From IMG/VR virus record IMGVR_UViG_3300043764_000023, positions 1-48,893 of that record: DNA of 48,893 nt. One strand, given 5' to 3'. Position 1 is the first letter of the stretch; the number at the start of each line of letters is the position of its first letter. This document shows positions 1 through 9,218 of the stretch, in pieces. This DNA comes from a virus. Its lineage: Duplodnaviria > Caudoviricetes. Position numbers and translations under genes: made by a program. Under the pieces are notes generated by a model, which saw only the letters and a program-made list of their open reading frames with translations, searched no databases and was not told the origin of the DNA.

Positions 1-2
1 AG

Positions 3-164
3 TTATATAAAGCAATACGAGAATTAAATAACGATGTAGCTATTAGTGAAGGATTTGAAATGATTTCAGACGATGAAGTTCAAAATATTTTAGAAAAAAT
101 AAAGAAATCAAAAGTTAGTGTGATACAAACTTTAAGAGATTATCAAAGGTTAGTACACAATTAA
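3..164 (+). CDS. Partial hypothetical protein (3' end only)
   Basis: Open frame LYKAIRELNN...RLVHN* running in from the window edge. Confidence 0.5.
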   Translation, partial: LYKAIRELNNDVAISEGFEMISDDEVQNILEKIKKSKVSVIQTLRDYQRLVHN

Positions 165-201
165 ATAAAATAAGTATTTTAAACAAAGGGGGAGCAGTAA
201 C

Positions 202-846
202 ATGAAAATGCTAGAAATATTTGCAGGAACTAGGTCAATGGCTGATACATTCGAGAAACACGGTTTTGAAGTATTTACAATCGAGCTTGATACAGTTCAC
301 CCACGAATTGATTTATATGAGGATATTCTAAACGTAACATCTGATATGATCTTTGAGAAGTTTGGAAGACCTGATGTGATTTGGGCTAGTCCAGTTTGCA
401 CATCTTACAGTATTGCTGCTATTAGTACACACAGAACTAAGGAAGAAAACGGCAACCTAGCTCCTAAAACAGAATACGCTGCTTACTCAGATAGAATGAC
501 TCAGCACACAATCAATCTAATCAAAGAACTAAACCCTACATACTACTTCATCGAAAACCCTAGAGGTGGTATGCGTAAAATGAACTTCATGAAAGACCTG
601 CCTAGATACACAGTTACGTATTGCCAGTACGGAGATACACGAATGAAGCCAACAGATATATGGACGAATCATCCAGATCCTCAGTTTAAACCAATGTGCA
701 AAAACGGTATGCCTTGCCACGAAGCAGCTCCAAGAGGAGCAAAAACAGGTACGCAAGGATTAAAAGGGAGCATTGATAGAAGTAAAATACCTCAGGAACT
801 TTGCGATCATATCGTAAACATTAGCCAACCAGTACTAGTTAAATAA
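202..846 (+). CDS. Small phage DNA (cytosine-5) methyltransferase-like protein
   Basis: Motif I LEIFAG, motif IV IWASPVC, motif VI FIENP; RBS GGGGGAG. Confidence 0.75.
   Translation: MKMLEIFAGTRSMADTFEKHGFEVFTIELDTVHPRIDLYEDILNVTSDMIFEKFGRPDVIWASPVCTSYSIAAISTHRTKEENGNLAPKTEYAAYSDRMTQHTINLIKELNPTYYFIENPRGGMRKMNFMKDLPRYTVTYCQYGDTRMKPTDIWTNHPDPQFKPMCKNGMPCHEAAPRGAKTGTQGLKGSIDRSKIPQELCDHIVNISQPVLVK
601..727 (+). repeat. 127-bp exact repeat of the window end (48767-48893)
   Basis: Identical from cctagataca to gaagcag; preceding base differs (g600 vs a48766). Confidence 0.9.
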
Positions 847-864
847 CAAAGGGGAGCGAAGAAA

Positions 865-1227
865 ATGGAAAAAGTAAAAATATCGCAGGAACTAGCAAAC
901 CATATAGAAACTATACGGGATATAAGAAAAACAAATTTAGAAACACTTAGTTTTATCCTCCATTCGGCTATTGAAAACAACCTTGAAGTTGAAAAAGAAA
1001 TTTCCCTAGTTGACATAGCTAGAGCTATCGAGGAAGGTTACGAAATCATTCGAGAGTTTCAAGTTGGGGATATTGTATGGGGATATATTATGAATCGTGT
1101 ATATGTAGTTCACGAAGAAAAAGATGGTGACGGATACTTACCTCTATATTATGTAAAAAGTAACCCGAAAGATTTTAAATTAGTATGCAAAGCCGAAAAC
1201 AGAGAGGACAAACAAAATGACAAATAA
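865..1227 (+). CDS. Hypothetical protein
   Basis: 120 aa ORF with GGGGAG RBS. Confidence 0.7.
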   Translation: MEKVKISQELANHIETIRDIRKTNLETLSFILHSAIENNLEVEKEISLVDIARAIEEGYEIIREFQVGDIVWGYIMNRVYVVHEEKDGDGYLPLYYVKSNPKDFKLVCKAENREDKQNDK

Positions 1228-1699
1228 CACAGGATACCAACTATCAGACCTATTAGTAGAAACAAATAAACGACAATTTCACCTATTACACCCTAACGCA
1301 ATCATGCCAGTACGAAAGACAAATGGTTCAGCGGGTTACGATCTCCACGCAGTCGAAGAAATACGTATCTTACCAAACGAAACAAAAGCCATTCCGACGG
1401 GTATCGGAGTAACAATGAATGAGGGTGACGTTGGTTTCCTTGCTCTACGATCGTCAATCGGTTTAAATCGAGGACTTTGTTGTCCGATTGGGTTTGGAAT
1501 CATAGATGAAGACTTCACACCACCGAATACAATGTCAGTAATTGTCACGAATACGAAAAATATTCCAGTTACAATAAATGTAGGCGAACGTATTGCACAG
1601 TTTGTATTCTCATGTTACAATACTACACATAACGAAGATTTACCGAATACAGTAAGAACAGGTGGAATAGGAAGTACAAATAAACAAAATACTAAATAA
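1217..1699 (+). CDS. dut: Trimeric dUTPase
   Basis: GSAGYDL, RSSIG, GIIDEDF, ERIAQ, RTGGIGST motifs. Confidence 0.92.
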   Translation: MTNNTGYQLSDLLVETNKRQFHLLHPNAIMPVRKTNGSAGYDLHAVEEIRILPNETKAIPTGIGVTMNEGDVGFLALRSSIGLNRGLCCPIGFGIIDEDFTPPNTMSVIVTNTKNIPVTINVGERIAQFVFSCYNTTHNEDLPNTVRTGGIGSTNKQNTK

Positions 1700-1702
1700 C
1701 TG

Positions 1703-1731
1703 GAATACCTTCATAAAATTCAGCATAGAAT
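1703..1731 (+). promoter_or_regulatory. Putative sigma-E (mother-cell) type promoter
   Basis: GAATACC-14 nt-CATAGAAT immediately upstream of the AAGGAGG RBS of 1757. Confidence 0.55.
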
Positions 1732-1756
1732 GGAGGTATAAGGAGGAAATAAAACT

Positions 1757-2296
1757 ATGAAGTGCCTTGCATGTCAAAGAGAATTAAGTAAAAAAGAAAC
1801 ATTATACGATGAAAACCACGATCCATTTTGCTCAAATGCAGCAATTTGTAATGATGAACACCCGAATAGCGTAAAAAATATCTTAGCTCGCCAAGGAGCT
1901 GCAACACTTTACACTGAAAAAGAACTAGAAGTAAATGAATACGAAAACCTAAACTTACCTGAAGATGTAAAAGACCAAGTTCTTAAAATGGTCAAACGAC
2001 CGACAACAGTTCGAATTAGTGATGTATCCCTAGCTGTTCACCTAGTTCAGTTAAAAGATAATTACGGTCTATCAAGTATCTCTGAAGCCATTCGTTTCTG
2101 CGTACAAAAAGATTTCGAGTTTGGCGATGATCGCGAACGATTAATCAGGGAAAAGCACGAAGCAAAAGAGCTTCAAAAACAAATTGACGAATCACTAAAT
2201 CAAGAACACTCAGAACAAGAACAACCAAGAGATAAATTAGTAGCAGAACCAAAACAAGAGCAACAAGAAATTGATTTCAATTCATTAGAATTTTAA
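1757..2296 (+). CDS. Zn-binding + ribbon-helix-helix-like DNA-binding protein
   Basis: N-terminal CLAC...C...C..H; RPTTVRISD...LKDNYGLSSISEAIRFCV resembles RHH; acidic tail. Confidence 0.55.
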   Translation: MKCLACQRELSKKETLYDENHDPFCSNAAICNDEHPNSVKNILARQGAATLYTEKELEVNEYENLNLPEDVKDQVLKMVKRPTTVRISDVSLAVHLVQLKDNYGLSSISEAIRFCVQKDFEFGDDRERLIREKHEAKELQKQIDESLNQEHSEQEQPRDKLVAEPKQEQQEIDFNSLEF

Positions 2297-2308
2297 TGAG
2301 GTGATGTT

Positions 2309-3049
2309 ATGGAAGAAACCAAAAAAGCACCTAGTTTCACAATTAAATTAGATGATAAGCCACACCTACTCGCTTTACTAGGAGAAGATGCATCAAAGGC
2401 AAGAGAAGTCATCGGAACGTTCGTAAACTTAATAGAGCAAGCGGCAAAGTACGAATGGTATAAGCTGCCCGAATTTATCCATAGTTCGATCACGTTCCCT
2501 GACTTAATCAGTGGGATACTAGAAGGAATCTTAACAGTTCAGAAATACCCGTCAAACTCATATTTAACACTTGAGCAAGATGTTCACCCGCTGTCACTTT
2601 TAAGCGATACAGCAAAAGATGAATACACAAAGAAAGAGCTTGAGTACAACTGGCGAGATCACTTCACATTAAAAGACAGCCACGTTTCAAAAGAAACAAT
2701 TGCGAAGATTTACAGAGAACTTTCATACTTAGTCAGATGGTTCGATTTAGACAGTATCCGTAACGGGCTATTTGCGAACGATTACCCTGTCATTGATAAC
2801 GTCAAAGGAGTCGCAAAACTTCCATTTTTCCCTAGCTTACGTTACCAAAAGGAAGTAAAAGGAGAGCTTCACGTTGGTCAGTTCTTACATGAAGTGGGGC
2901 TTTTCGATTGTGGTGAGGTCGCACCTGATGTAGATATTTGCCTAGCGTGCCAGATTGGAGAGCTAGAGACCATCACAAATCACGAACACATAAAAGGCTG
3001 CCGAAGATGTAACAGCGGATTTATAGTAAAAGAGGGACTAGATTTTTAG
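2309..3049 (+). CDS. Hypothetical protein with C-terminal Zn ribbon
   Basis: CLACQ...CRRCN at the C-terminus; GAGGTG RBS. Confidence 0.7.
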   Translation: MEETKKAPSFTIKLDDKPHLLALLGEDASKAREVIGTFVNLIEQAAKYEWYKLPEFIHSSITFPDLISGILEGILTVQKYPSNSYLTLEQDVHPLSLLSDTAKDEYTKKELEYNWRDHFTLKDSHVSKETIAKIYRELSYLVRWFDLDSIRNGLFANDYPVIDNVKGVAKLPFFPSLRYQKEVKGELHVGQFLHEVGLFDCGEVAPDVDICLACQIGELETITNHEHIKGCRRCNSGFIVKEGLDF

Positions 3050-3054
3050 TCCCT
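3033..3054 (+). terminator. Hairpin at the end of the 1757-3049 unit
   Basis: AGGGACTA-gatttt-TAGTCCCT; no U-tract. Confidence 0.4.
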
Positions 3055-3091
3055 AGTTGCTGAATAGAAGGTAAATAAAGCGACAGAAAGG

Positions 3092-3277
3092 TTGAGAATT
3101 TTGAGTAATGTTATTAAAGAAGTTATACAAATTGCAAGGCGTGATTATAGTTGTGATGATTGCAAAAAGCCTATTTTAAAACGTTCTAAATATCATTATT
3201 TGTTTGGTTCAGCTTTCAAAGGAGAAAAACCATATAGCATTAGAATTTGTCAAAACTGCAAACCGATTGATGCGTAG
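3092..3277 (+). CDS. Small Zn-finger protein
   Basis: CDDC...CQNC; true start may be the TTG at 3101. Confidence 0.65.
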   Translation: MRILSNVIKEVIQIARRDYSCDDCKKPILKRSKYHYLFGSAFKGEKPYSIRICQNCKPIDA

Positions 3278-3325
3278 TTCGGTAAAAACACGCAACAAAA
3301 ATTTTTAAACTTTTTAAACGACATA

Positions 3326-3355
3326 TTGCATATGCCACGTAACATGTGGTAAACT
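3326..3355 (+). promoter_or_regulatory. Sigma-A-like promoter, 18-bp spacer
   Basis: TTGCAT-18-TAAACT with TG extension; near copy at 7294-7323. Confidence 0.7.
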
Positions 3356-3394
3356 ATTAGTAAGCAAGAAATAAAACAAATGGAGGTAATTACA

Positions 3395-3544
3395 ATGTTA
3401 GATTTTTTCCCACAAGTAAAGGTATTCGATTATCCTCACGCTTACCTTAACTGGGTAGAGGGTATGAGTGCATATACATTTGAAATTGTAGATGTATCCG
3501 CATTTGGTGGTAAGTTAATCGTAACTTATAACATGTATAAATAA
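3395..3544 (+). CDS. Small hypothetical protein (49 aa)
   Basis: GGAGG RBS; MLDFFPQVKVFDYP... Confidence 0.65.
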   Translation: MLDFFPQVKVFDYPHAYLNWVEGMSAYTFEIVDVSAFGGKLIVTYNMYK

Positions 3545-3568
3545 CTAAAACAAATGGAGGGAAATAAC

Positions 3569-3787
3569 ATGTTCAATTTCGAAGGGGAAACAAAATTATT
3601 TACTTACGAAGGCAGCGCATACGAAGAAAACCAAGAACATGGGATAAACGGTGGCAAGATCACAGCATTAGTTATTATGGACTCAAAAGGCAAAATTGTT
3701 TATAAGTATGACGGTCAATTAGACTTACCAGCAAAAACAGCAAAAGTAAGAGAAGTCTTAAGCCTAGCAAAGCATTTGTATAACTAA
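3569..3787 (+). CDS. Conserved Firmicutes phage hypothetical protein
   Basis: GGAGG RBS; HGINGGKITAL...YDGQLD pattern. Confidence 0.7.
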   Translation: MFNFEGETKLFTYEGSAYEENQEHGINGGKITALVIMDSKGKIVYKYDGQLDLPAKTAKVREVLSLAKHLYN

Positions 3788-3800
3788 GGGAGAGAATGAA

Positions 3801-4724
3801 ATGAATGTATTAGCTTTATTTGATGGAATTTCGTGTGGTCAAGTAGCTTTAGAGAGAGCAGGAATTGAAGTAAGTAAGTATTTCGCAAGTGAGATTAATC
3901 AAAAAGCAATGGAAGTAACGTACAAAAACTATCCTAACACAATCCAGTTAGGGGATATTACACAAATAACAGAAGAAATGCTTGATAAATTACCGAAAAT
4001 TGATTTAATAATCGGTGGGAGTCCTTGTCAAGATTTGAGCGTATATAAATACGATCGTGGAGATGTGAAAGGTCTTAAAGGAAAGAAAAGTAATCTATTT
4101 TACCACTACGAACGAATACTGAAGTATGTTAATCCTAAGTATTTTCTTTTAGAAAATGTGCCAATGGAACCACAGTGGAATGAAATTATAACTAACCTGC
4201 TAGGAGTAGAGCCTATCATTATAAACTCAGAGTTAGTATCTGCCGCTTTGCGTAAAAGACTGTACTGGGGTAATATTCCGAACATCACGCAACCGGAAGA
4301 TAAAGGAATAATGATAAAAGACATTATTGTCCCATCTGAAGAAGTTCCAGATAAATACTGGTATAGCAGACCATTTGTCTATAACGGTGATGACAAAAAA
4401 GTACAATGCACACTAGATATTTCAGGTCATCGCAATATGAAAGAGGTGTACAATATAAACGGAAAATGCAATACACTTCTTGCTGATGGTGATGGGGGAA
4501 ATAGACAAAAGAAAGTATATCAAGATGGAAAGTGTCGTAAGTTCATGCCAATCGAATATGAACGTATGCAAACTTTACCCGATAACTACACAGAAGGAAT
4601 TTCAGACTCAGCTAGATATTCAGCTATCGGTAATGGTTGGACAGTTGATGTGATTGCTCATATATTTGAAGGGTTAAAAACTAGTCAGAAAGAAAAAGTA
4701 CTTGAGGAGGTCATATTGATATGA
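3801..4724 (+). CDS. DNA (cytosine-5) methyltransferase
   Basis: LFDGISCG, GDI, GGSPCQ, LENV, RKRLYW, IGNGW motifs. Confidence 0.92.
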   Translation: MNVLALFDGISCGQVALERAGIEVSKYFASEINQKAMEVTYKNYPNTIQLGDITQITEEMLDKLPKIDLIIGGSPCQDLSVYKYDRGDVKGLKGKKSNLFYHYERILKYVNPKYFLLENVPMEPQWNEIITNLLGVEPIIINSELVSAALRKRLYWGNIPNITQPEDKGIMIKDIIVPSEEVPDKYWYSRPFVYNGDDKKVQCTLDISGHRNMKEVYNINGKCNTLLADGDGGNRQKKVYQDGKCRKFMPIEYERMQTLPDNYTEGISDSARYSAIGNGWTVDVIAHIFEGLKTSQKEKVLEEVILI

Positions 4725-4882
4725 ACTGCCCTATCTGCAAAGAGCAAATGGAAGTAGACCACTTAGAAGGCTTTGAAGATGAATATACTTGCACGAATCC
4801 CGATTGTGGGAAACCTGAAATAACAAACGGATACGATCCTGACGACCATTTACAGCACAGGCATGATAATGGTCAGTGGTGA
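4721..4882 (+). CDS. Small Zn-ribbon protein (53 aa)
   Basis: GAGGAGG RBS; MNCPICK...CTNPDC. Confidence 0.6.
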   Translation: MNCPICKEQMEVDHLEGFEDEYTCTNPDCGKPEITNGYDPDDHLQHRHDNGQW

Positions 4883-4895
4883 AAGGAGAAGACAA

Positions 4896-5105
4896 ATGAA
4901 GAGAATTAAAACTAAACAAATTTTCGCATATAAAAGAAATGCAACTGAATTAGTCGGAATAGATGAAGCTATTAACGAATTTTTAGAAGAAAATGAAATT
5001 TGTGAAGATAGGTTAATTGACATTAAGTTAGGATCAGTAGGATACTTTCAATTTCAAGATACTGGAGAAATTGAATCATCAGCACTGATAATTTATAGAG
5101 CTTAG
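4896..5105 (+). CDS. Cse60/DUF2758-like small protein
   Basis: AINEFLEEN...LIDIK...SALIIYRA pattern typical of the Cse60 family; AAGGAG RBS. Confidence 0.55.
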   Translation: MKRIKTKQIFAYKRNATELVGIDEAINEFLEENEICEDRLIDIKLGSVGYFQFQDTGEIESSALIIYRA

Positions 5106-5120
5106 TGAAAAGGAGAGGCA

Positions 5121-5243
5121 ATGAGCAAAGCCGAAGAATTTGTAAATGGATTGTCAGTCGAGGAACGTGAAATCTTGCGTTCCTTAGTTGAAACAAATGG
5201 ATTAAACAGTTTAATGGAAGAAATTAATCAGTTAAATCATTAA
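5121..5243 (+). CDS. Small hypothetical protein (40 aa)
   Basis: AAGGAG RBS; MSKAEEFVNG... Confidence 0.55.
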   Translation: MSKAEEFVNGLSVEEREILRSLVETNGLNSLMEEINQLNH

Positions 5244-5257
5244 AATTTCATGTTATC

Positions 5258-5287
5258 TTGCATATTTCATGTGTTATATAGTATAAT
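5258..5287 (+). promoter_or_regulatory. Sigma-A-like promoter, 18-bp spacer
   Basis: TTGCAT-18-TATAAT. Confidence 0.7.
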
Positions 5288-5329
5288 ATAGGATATAACA
5301 CTTTTACTTGAAAGGAGATTTAATAAACT

Positions 5330-5533
5330 ATGAGCATCCCAAGACTTCATCCGATCGCAAAGACAGCTATTCAAATTCGAATGACAATCAAGCGATTAGA
5401 AGTATTTATCTCAACAGAGCAAAACGAAGAAGAACGTAAAGTCGCTCGTCAATTATTAACAAAATTCAACGATGCACAAAAAGTGATCCCTGAAGATTAC
5501 ATCGACGTTGATTTGAAAGAGAGAAACAACTAA
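5330..5533 (+). CDS. Hypothetical protein
   Basis: 67 aa, AAGGAG RBS, coupled to the helicase. Confidence 0.7.
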   Translation: MSIPRLHPIAKTAIQIRMTIKRLEVFISTEQNEEERKVARQLLTKFNDAQKVIPEDYIDVDLKERNN

Positions 5534-7125
5534 TGAAGTACGAAAAAGACGATCATCATATTTACATTAATGCACCATTACTTAATGCACACACCATGAA
5601 AAGTAGCTTAAATGCAACAAAAGTGAAAAAAGGATGGAGATTACCTAGAAACCTATGGGCATATAGAGAGTTATTCATGTTATTCCCTGCTCTTAAAGAA
5701 AATACACAGTTCATGTTCGATGCGAAGAAGGAAAGTTTACAGTATGCTGATACACTTGCGATTAAGCAGCGTGTCGATACGGATGGTCAAGAAGGATTAA
5801 GGCCATACCAAAAAGTAGATGTAGCTTTTCTTAAAAGCAGAACATGGGCTGGTGTATATAACGCTCCGAGAACGGGAAAAAGTCCAACGGTGATCTCACT
5901 ACTTAATGAACTAAACCCACTTTACACCTTGCTTGTTGTACCAAGTTCACTTACTTACAACTGGAAAAATGAGATTGAAAAGTGGGGAGAATATCTAAAG
6001 CCATTCGTTTACAGCGGAACACCGAAGAAACGAAAGGAAACGTTTGATAAGTTCTTACAATCAGGCGGAGCATTAATCATCAGTAAAGATACATTCAAAA
6101 AGGAAGTCGAGTTGCTATCAGCCATTAACTACGACGTAGCGATTATTGATGAATCACATTTCCTTAGAAACTATAAAACAGCACAAAGTAAAGCGATTTA
6201 TCAAATCAAAGCAAAAAGAAGATACGCTTTAACAGGTACACCGTCAACTAATCATGGGGTAGATATTTGGGGAATCCTACATTTCCTCTCACCAAAAGAC
6301 TTTCCAAGCTACTGGTCATTTGCAGAACGTTACTTCATCGTAAACAATGGTCAGTGGGGAGGAAAAGAAATCGGAGCGGTTAAAACGCATCGTGAAAACG
6401 AACTAAAGGGAATCCTAGAACTCACAGGAGTCCAAAGAAAGCGTAAAGATGTGATGAACTGGCTACCAAAAACACAGTTTCAAACTTTACCGGTTCAAAT
6501 GGAAGGAAAGCAGCTTAAACTATACGATCAAATGCTAAATGATTTTATTGCAGTAAGTGAAGACGGTCATGAAGTAGATACAATGAACGTGCTAACTCAG
6601 CTCATGCGTTTACGTCAGATTTGTTTAGAGCCTGAATTACTCGGATTTACAGGAGTTATAGGAGCTAAAACAAAGGCACTACTCGACTTTGCTGAAAATA
6701 ATAACGATCCATTCATCGTCATGACGACTTTCTCTAGTTACTTTCCATACATACAGCCGAAACTAGAGAAATTAGGAAAGAGAGTGGCTATCATTGACGG
6801 AAAAGTATCGCAAAAGGAAAAATTCAAAGTAGCAGAGGAATTTCAAAAAGGTAAAATAGATATTCTACTTTGTAACATCATTTCCGCTGGTACGGGTTTT
6901 ACATTAGATAAGGCGGATACAATTCTTTTCCTAGATAAAGACTTTAACCCGAGCAATAATGAGCAAGCGGGTGATCGCATTGTTCCAACAACAAAGGCAC
7001 GAAACCACTCAGTGAATATCATCAGCTTAGTTTGTCAAAACAGTATCGACGAACGCATCAACGAACTACTAGACAGAAAGGAAGATTTAACAAAGTTAGT
7101 TAATAAAAAGGAGCTTGTCAGATGA
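5533..7125 (+). CDS. SNF2-family (SF2) helicase
   Basis: LRPYQ, PRTGKS, IIDESH, LTGTP, GTGFTL, QAGDRI. Confidence 0.92.
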   Translation: MKYEKDDHHIYINAPLLNAHTMKSSLNATKVKKGWRLPRNLWAYRELFMLFPALKENTQFMFDAKKESLQYADTLAIKQRVDTDGQEGLRPYQKVDVAFLKSRTWAGVYNAPRTGKSPTVISLLNELNPLYTLLVVPSSLTYNWKNEIEKWGEYLKPFVYSGTPKKRKETFDKFLQSGGALIISKDTFKKEVELLSAINYDVAIIDESHFLRNYKTAQSKAIYQIKAKRRYALTGTPSTNHGVDIWGILHFLSPKDFPSYWSFAERYFIVNNGQWGGKEIGAVKTHRENELKGILELTGVQRKRKDVMNWLPKTQFQTLPVQMEGKQLKLYDQMLNDFIAVSEDGHEVDTMNVLTQLMRLRQICLEPELLGFTGVIGAKTKALLDFAENNNDPFIVMTTFSSYFPYIQPKLEKLGKRVAIIDGKVSQKEKFKVAEEFQKGKIDILLCNIISAGTGFTLDKADTILFLDKDFNPSNNEQAGDRIVPTTKARNHSVNIISLVCQNSIDERINELLDRKEDLTKLVNKKELVR

Positions 7126-7274
7126 AAGATTTTATTGGATCATCATTATTATTCGGAGCATACATTTTAGGGTTTGTCGCATTTATCGCAGGAAAAAATA
7201 ACGCAATTATTGGAATCATTGCAGGACTTTGCTTACTAACTGGACTATTTCTTGTAAAAGATGAAGCCAGTTAA
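7122..7274 (+). CDS. Small two-TM membrane protein (50 aa)
   Basis: AAGGAG RBS, ATGA overlap, two hydrophobic segments. Confidence 0.6.
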   Translation: MKDFIGSSLLFGAYILGFVAFIAGKNNAIIGIIAGLCLLTGLFLVKDEAS

Positions 7275-7293
7275 AAAATTTTAACGTGACATA

Positions 7294-7323
7294 TTGCATA
7301 TAACATACGTTATGTGGTAAACT
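7294..7323 (+). promoter_or_regulatory. Sigma-A-like promoter, 18-bp spacer
   Basis: TTGCAT-18-TAAACT; shares GACATATTGCATAT and ATGTGGTAAACTATTAGTA with 3320-3362. Confidence 0.7.
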
Positions 7324-7351
7324 ATTAGTAGAAAACAAAGGAGGTACTTAC

Positions 7352-8413
7352 ATGCAAGATTATGTAGTTAGAGGAAGTGAATATTCGTCGTTTTTACGAT
7401 GTCGTAAGCAATGGCAATATCAATGGCTTGATAACATGGAGTTAAAAAGACCTGACGGAAAGCTATTCTTAGGAACAGTCGTTCACAAGTTCTTAGAGTA
7501 CTACCACACACTGAAAGACTTTACAATGGCTTTCAATAAACTGGAAATGTATTATAAAGCTCAGGACTTATCGGCAATGGAACAAATTGACATTGATGAA
7601 CTTTGGAATAAAACAGTCGAACTTGTTACTTACTACCACGAAACATACGAAAGTGACCTAGTTAACTGGAACGTCCTAGCGACTGAAATCACGTTCCTAG
7701 TGAAAATGGAGCAAAACATCTACATGACAGGAACAATCGACTTAGTTTTAGAAGATGAATATGGTCAGCTTAAGTTCATGGATCACAAAACAGTCGCATC
7801 AATTCAAATGTACGAAGAAAAAGCTCAAATGGATAGACAAATATCACGCTACTGGTGGGCTTTACAGATGATTATCGACGGTATTGGTCGTATTAAATGC
7901 CCTGATACGGGTAACTGGATACGATGGAATAAGCTCGAAGGGAAAACAATCTCAGGGTTCATCTACAACCTAATCGGAAAAGAAGTCCCAAAAGAGCCTG
8001 AAATCCTTAAAAAAGGCGGATTAAGTAAAAATAAAGCACAGAAAACGACTTATAAGCTATATCTTAAGGCACTAAGGAAACATGGACTTAATGAGTTAGA
8101 CTATGAGGATATGCTTCATCATCTATCAGATAAAGGAAACCCTTTCCAAAAACGAGTTGAAGTCACACGCTCAGTTGAGGAAATCGAAAGTGCTGCCTAC
8201 GAGTTTTTCTACACAGCTTGCGATATGCACGATGTAAAGCTATTGATGGAAAATAGCCCGCAAGCAAAAGAACAGCTTACTTACAGAAACATCACGCATG
8301 ACTGTATGCATATGTGCCAGTTTAAATCACTTTGCCAAGCTGCAATTAATGGTGATGACGTAGAATTTACAAAAAATATGCTCTTTAGACAAAGAGAAAT
8401 GGAGGAAGTTTAA
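7352..8413 (+). CDS. PD-(D/E)xK (Cas4/RecB-like) exonuclease
   Basis: FLGTVVH, GTIDLV...DHKT, Q..RY; one N-terminal plus three C-terminal Cys. Confidence 0.85.
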   Translation: MQDYVVRGSEYSSFLRCRKQWQYQWLDNMELKRPDGKLFLGTVVHKFLEYYHTLKDFTMAFNKLEMYYKAQDLSAMEQIDIDELWNKTVELVTYYHETYESDLVNWNVLATEITFLVKMEQNIYMTGTIDLVLEDEYGQLKFMDHKTVASIQMYEEKAQMDRQISRYWWALQMIIDGIGRIKCPDTGNWIRWNKLEGKTISGFIYNLIGKEVPKEPEILKKGGLSKNKAQKTTYKLYLKALRKHGLNELDYEDMLHHLSDKGNPFQKRVEVTRSVEEIESAAYEFFYTACDMHDVKLLMENSPQAKEQLTYRNITHDCMHMCQFKSLCQAAINGDDVEFTKNMLFRQREMEEV

Positions 8414-8414
8414 T

Positions 8415-9194
8415 ATGCCGATAGCGATTAAAAAACCAGCAAAAGTAGTAGAGGGGATTCATGGAATTTTATATGGAGATGAAAAAACAGGTAAAACAAC
8501 ATCACTTGATGATCCGAACATGAAAGTGTTACTTCTTGATTTAGAAGGTGGTTCAGCGGTACTCGCAGGTTCAGAAACAGTAGACGTAGTACCTATAGAG
8601 TCATGGGAAGACTTACAACAAGTCGGTGGATTACTAAAACGAAATAAATTCATTGATGAAGAAGGGAAGGAAATCGACTTTAATTATGACCTAGTTGCGA
8701 TTGATTCGTTGACACGATTACAAGATTTATTAAAAGAATACATTGCATTAAAATACGCTCCGAACCGTAAACGTGAAATTCAAGGTAAATTTGGGGCACA
8801 GTCTGATTGGGGAGATTTTGCAAACTTACTACAAGGGATGGTTAAATTCTTCCACAACTTAACAAAGCAAGGTGAAAAATCAATTAATGTGATGTGGATT
8901 GCTCATAAAGACGTTGTAACTGACGATATTGATGGACGTGTAACTGGAACAAAGCTAATGATAGGGGGTAAAAGTAACTCACCCGTTATTATGAGTATCG
9001 TAGATGCAATTTTCTACATGGTTAAGCGTGAAACAGAGGAAGGGTTACAGTTTGGAATCCTAACATCTAAAAAAGGTGTTTATAACGCTGGTGTTCGCCA
9101 ATCAAAACGACAAGAGCCACTTAACGAAATGATCGTAAGCCCAGTATGGTCAGATATTTTCAAAACGCTCGGTTATAAAGTAAACGGACTTTAA
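8415..9194 (+). CDS. Sak4-like AAA ATPase / single-strand annealing protein
   Basis: YGDEKTGKTT, DLEGG, AIDSLT, IAH. Confidence 0.8.
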   Translation: MPIAIKKPAKVVEGIHGILYGDEKTGKTTSLDDPNMKVLLLDLEGGSAVLAGSETVDVVPIESWEDLQQVGGLLKRNKFIDEEGKEIDFNYDLVAIDSLTRLQDLLKEYIALKYAPNRKREIQGKFGAQSDWGDFANLLQGMVKFFHNLTKQGEKSINVMWIAHKDVVTDDIDGRVTGTKLMIGGKSNSPVIMSIVDAIFYMVKRETEEGLQFGILTSKKGVYNAGVRQSKRQEPLNEMIVSPVWSDIFKTLGYKVNGL

Positions 9195-9218
9195 TTATAA
9201 AAATTCAAAATATTATGA

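Noticed and set aside
7352-8413. CRISPR-associated Cas4
   Set aside because: Context (Sak4, SSB) is a standard phage recombination module.
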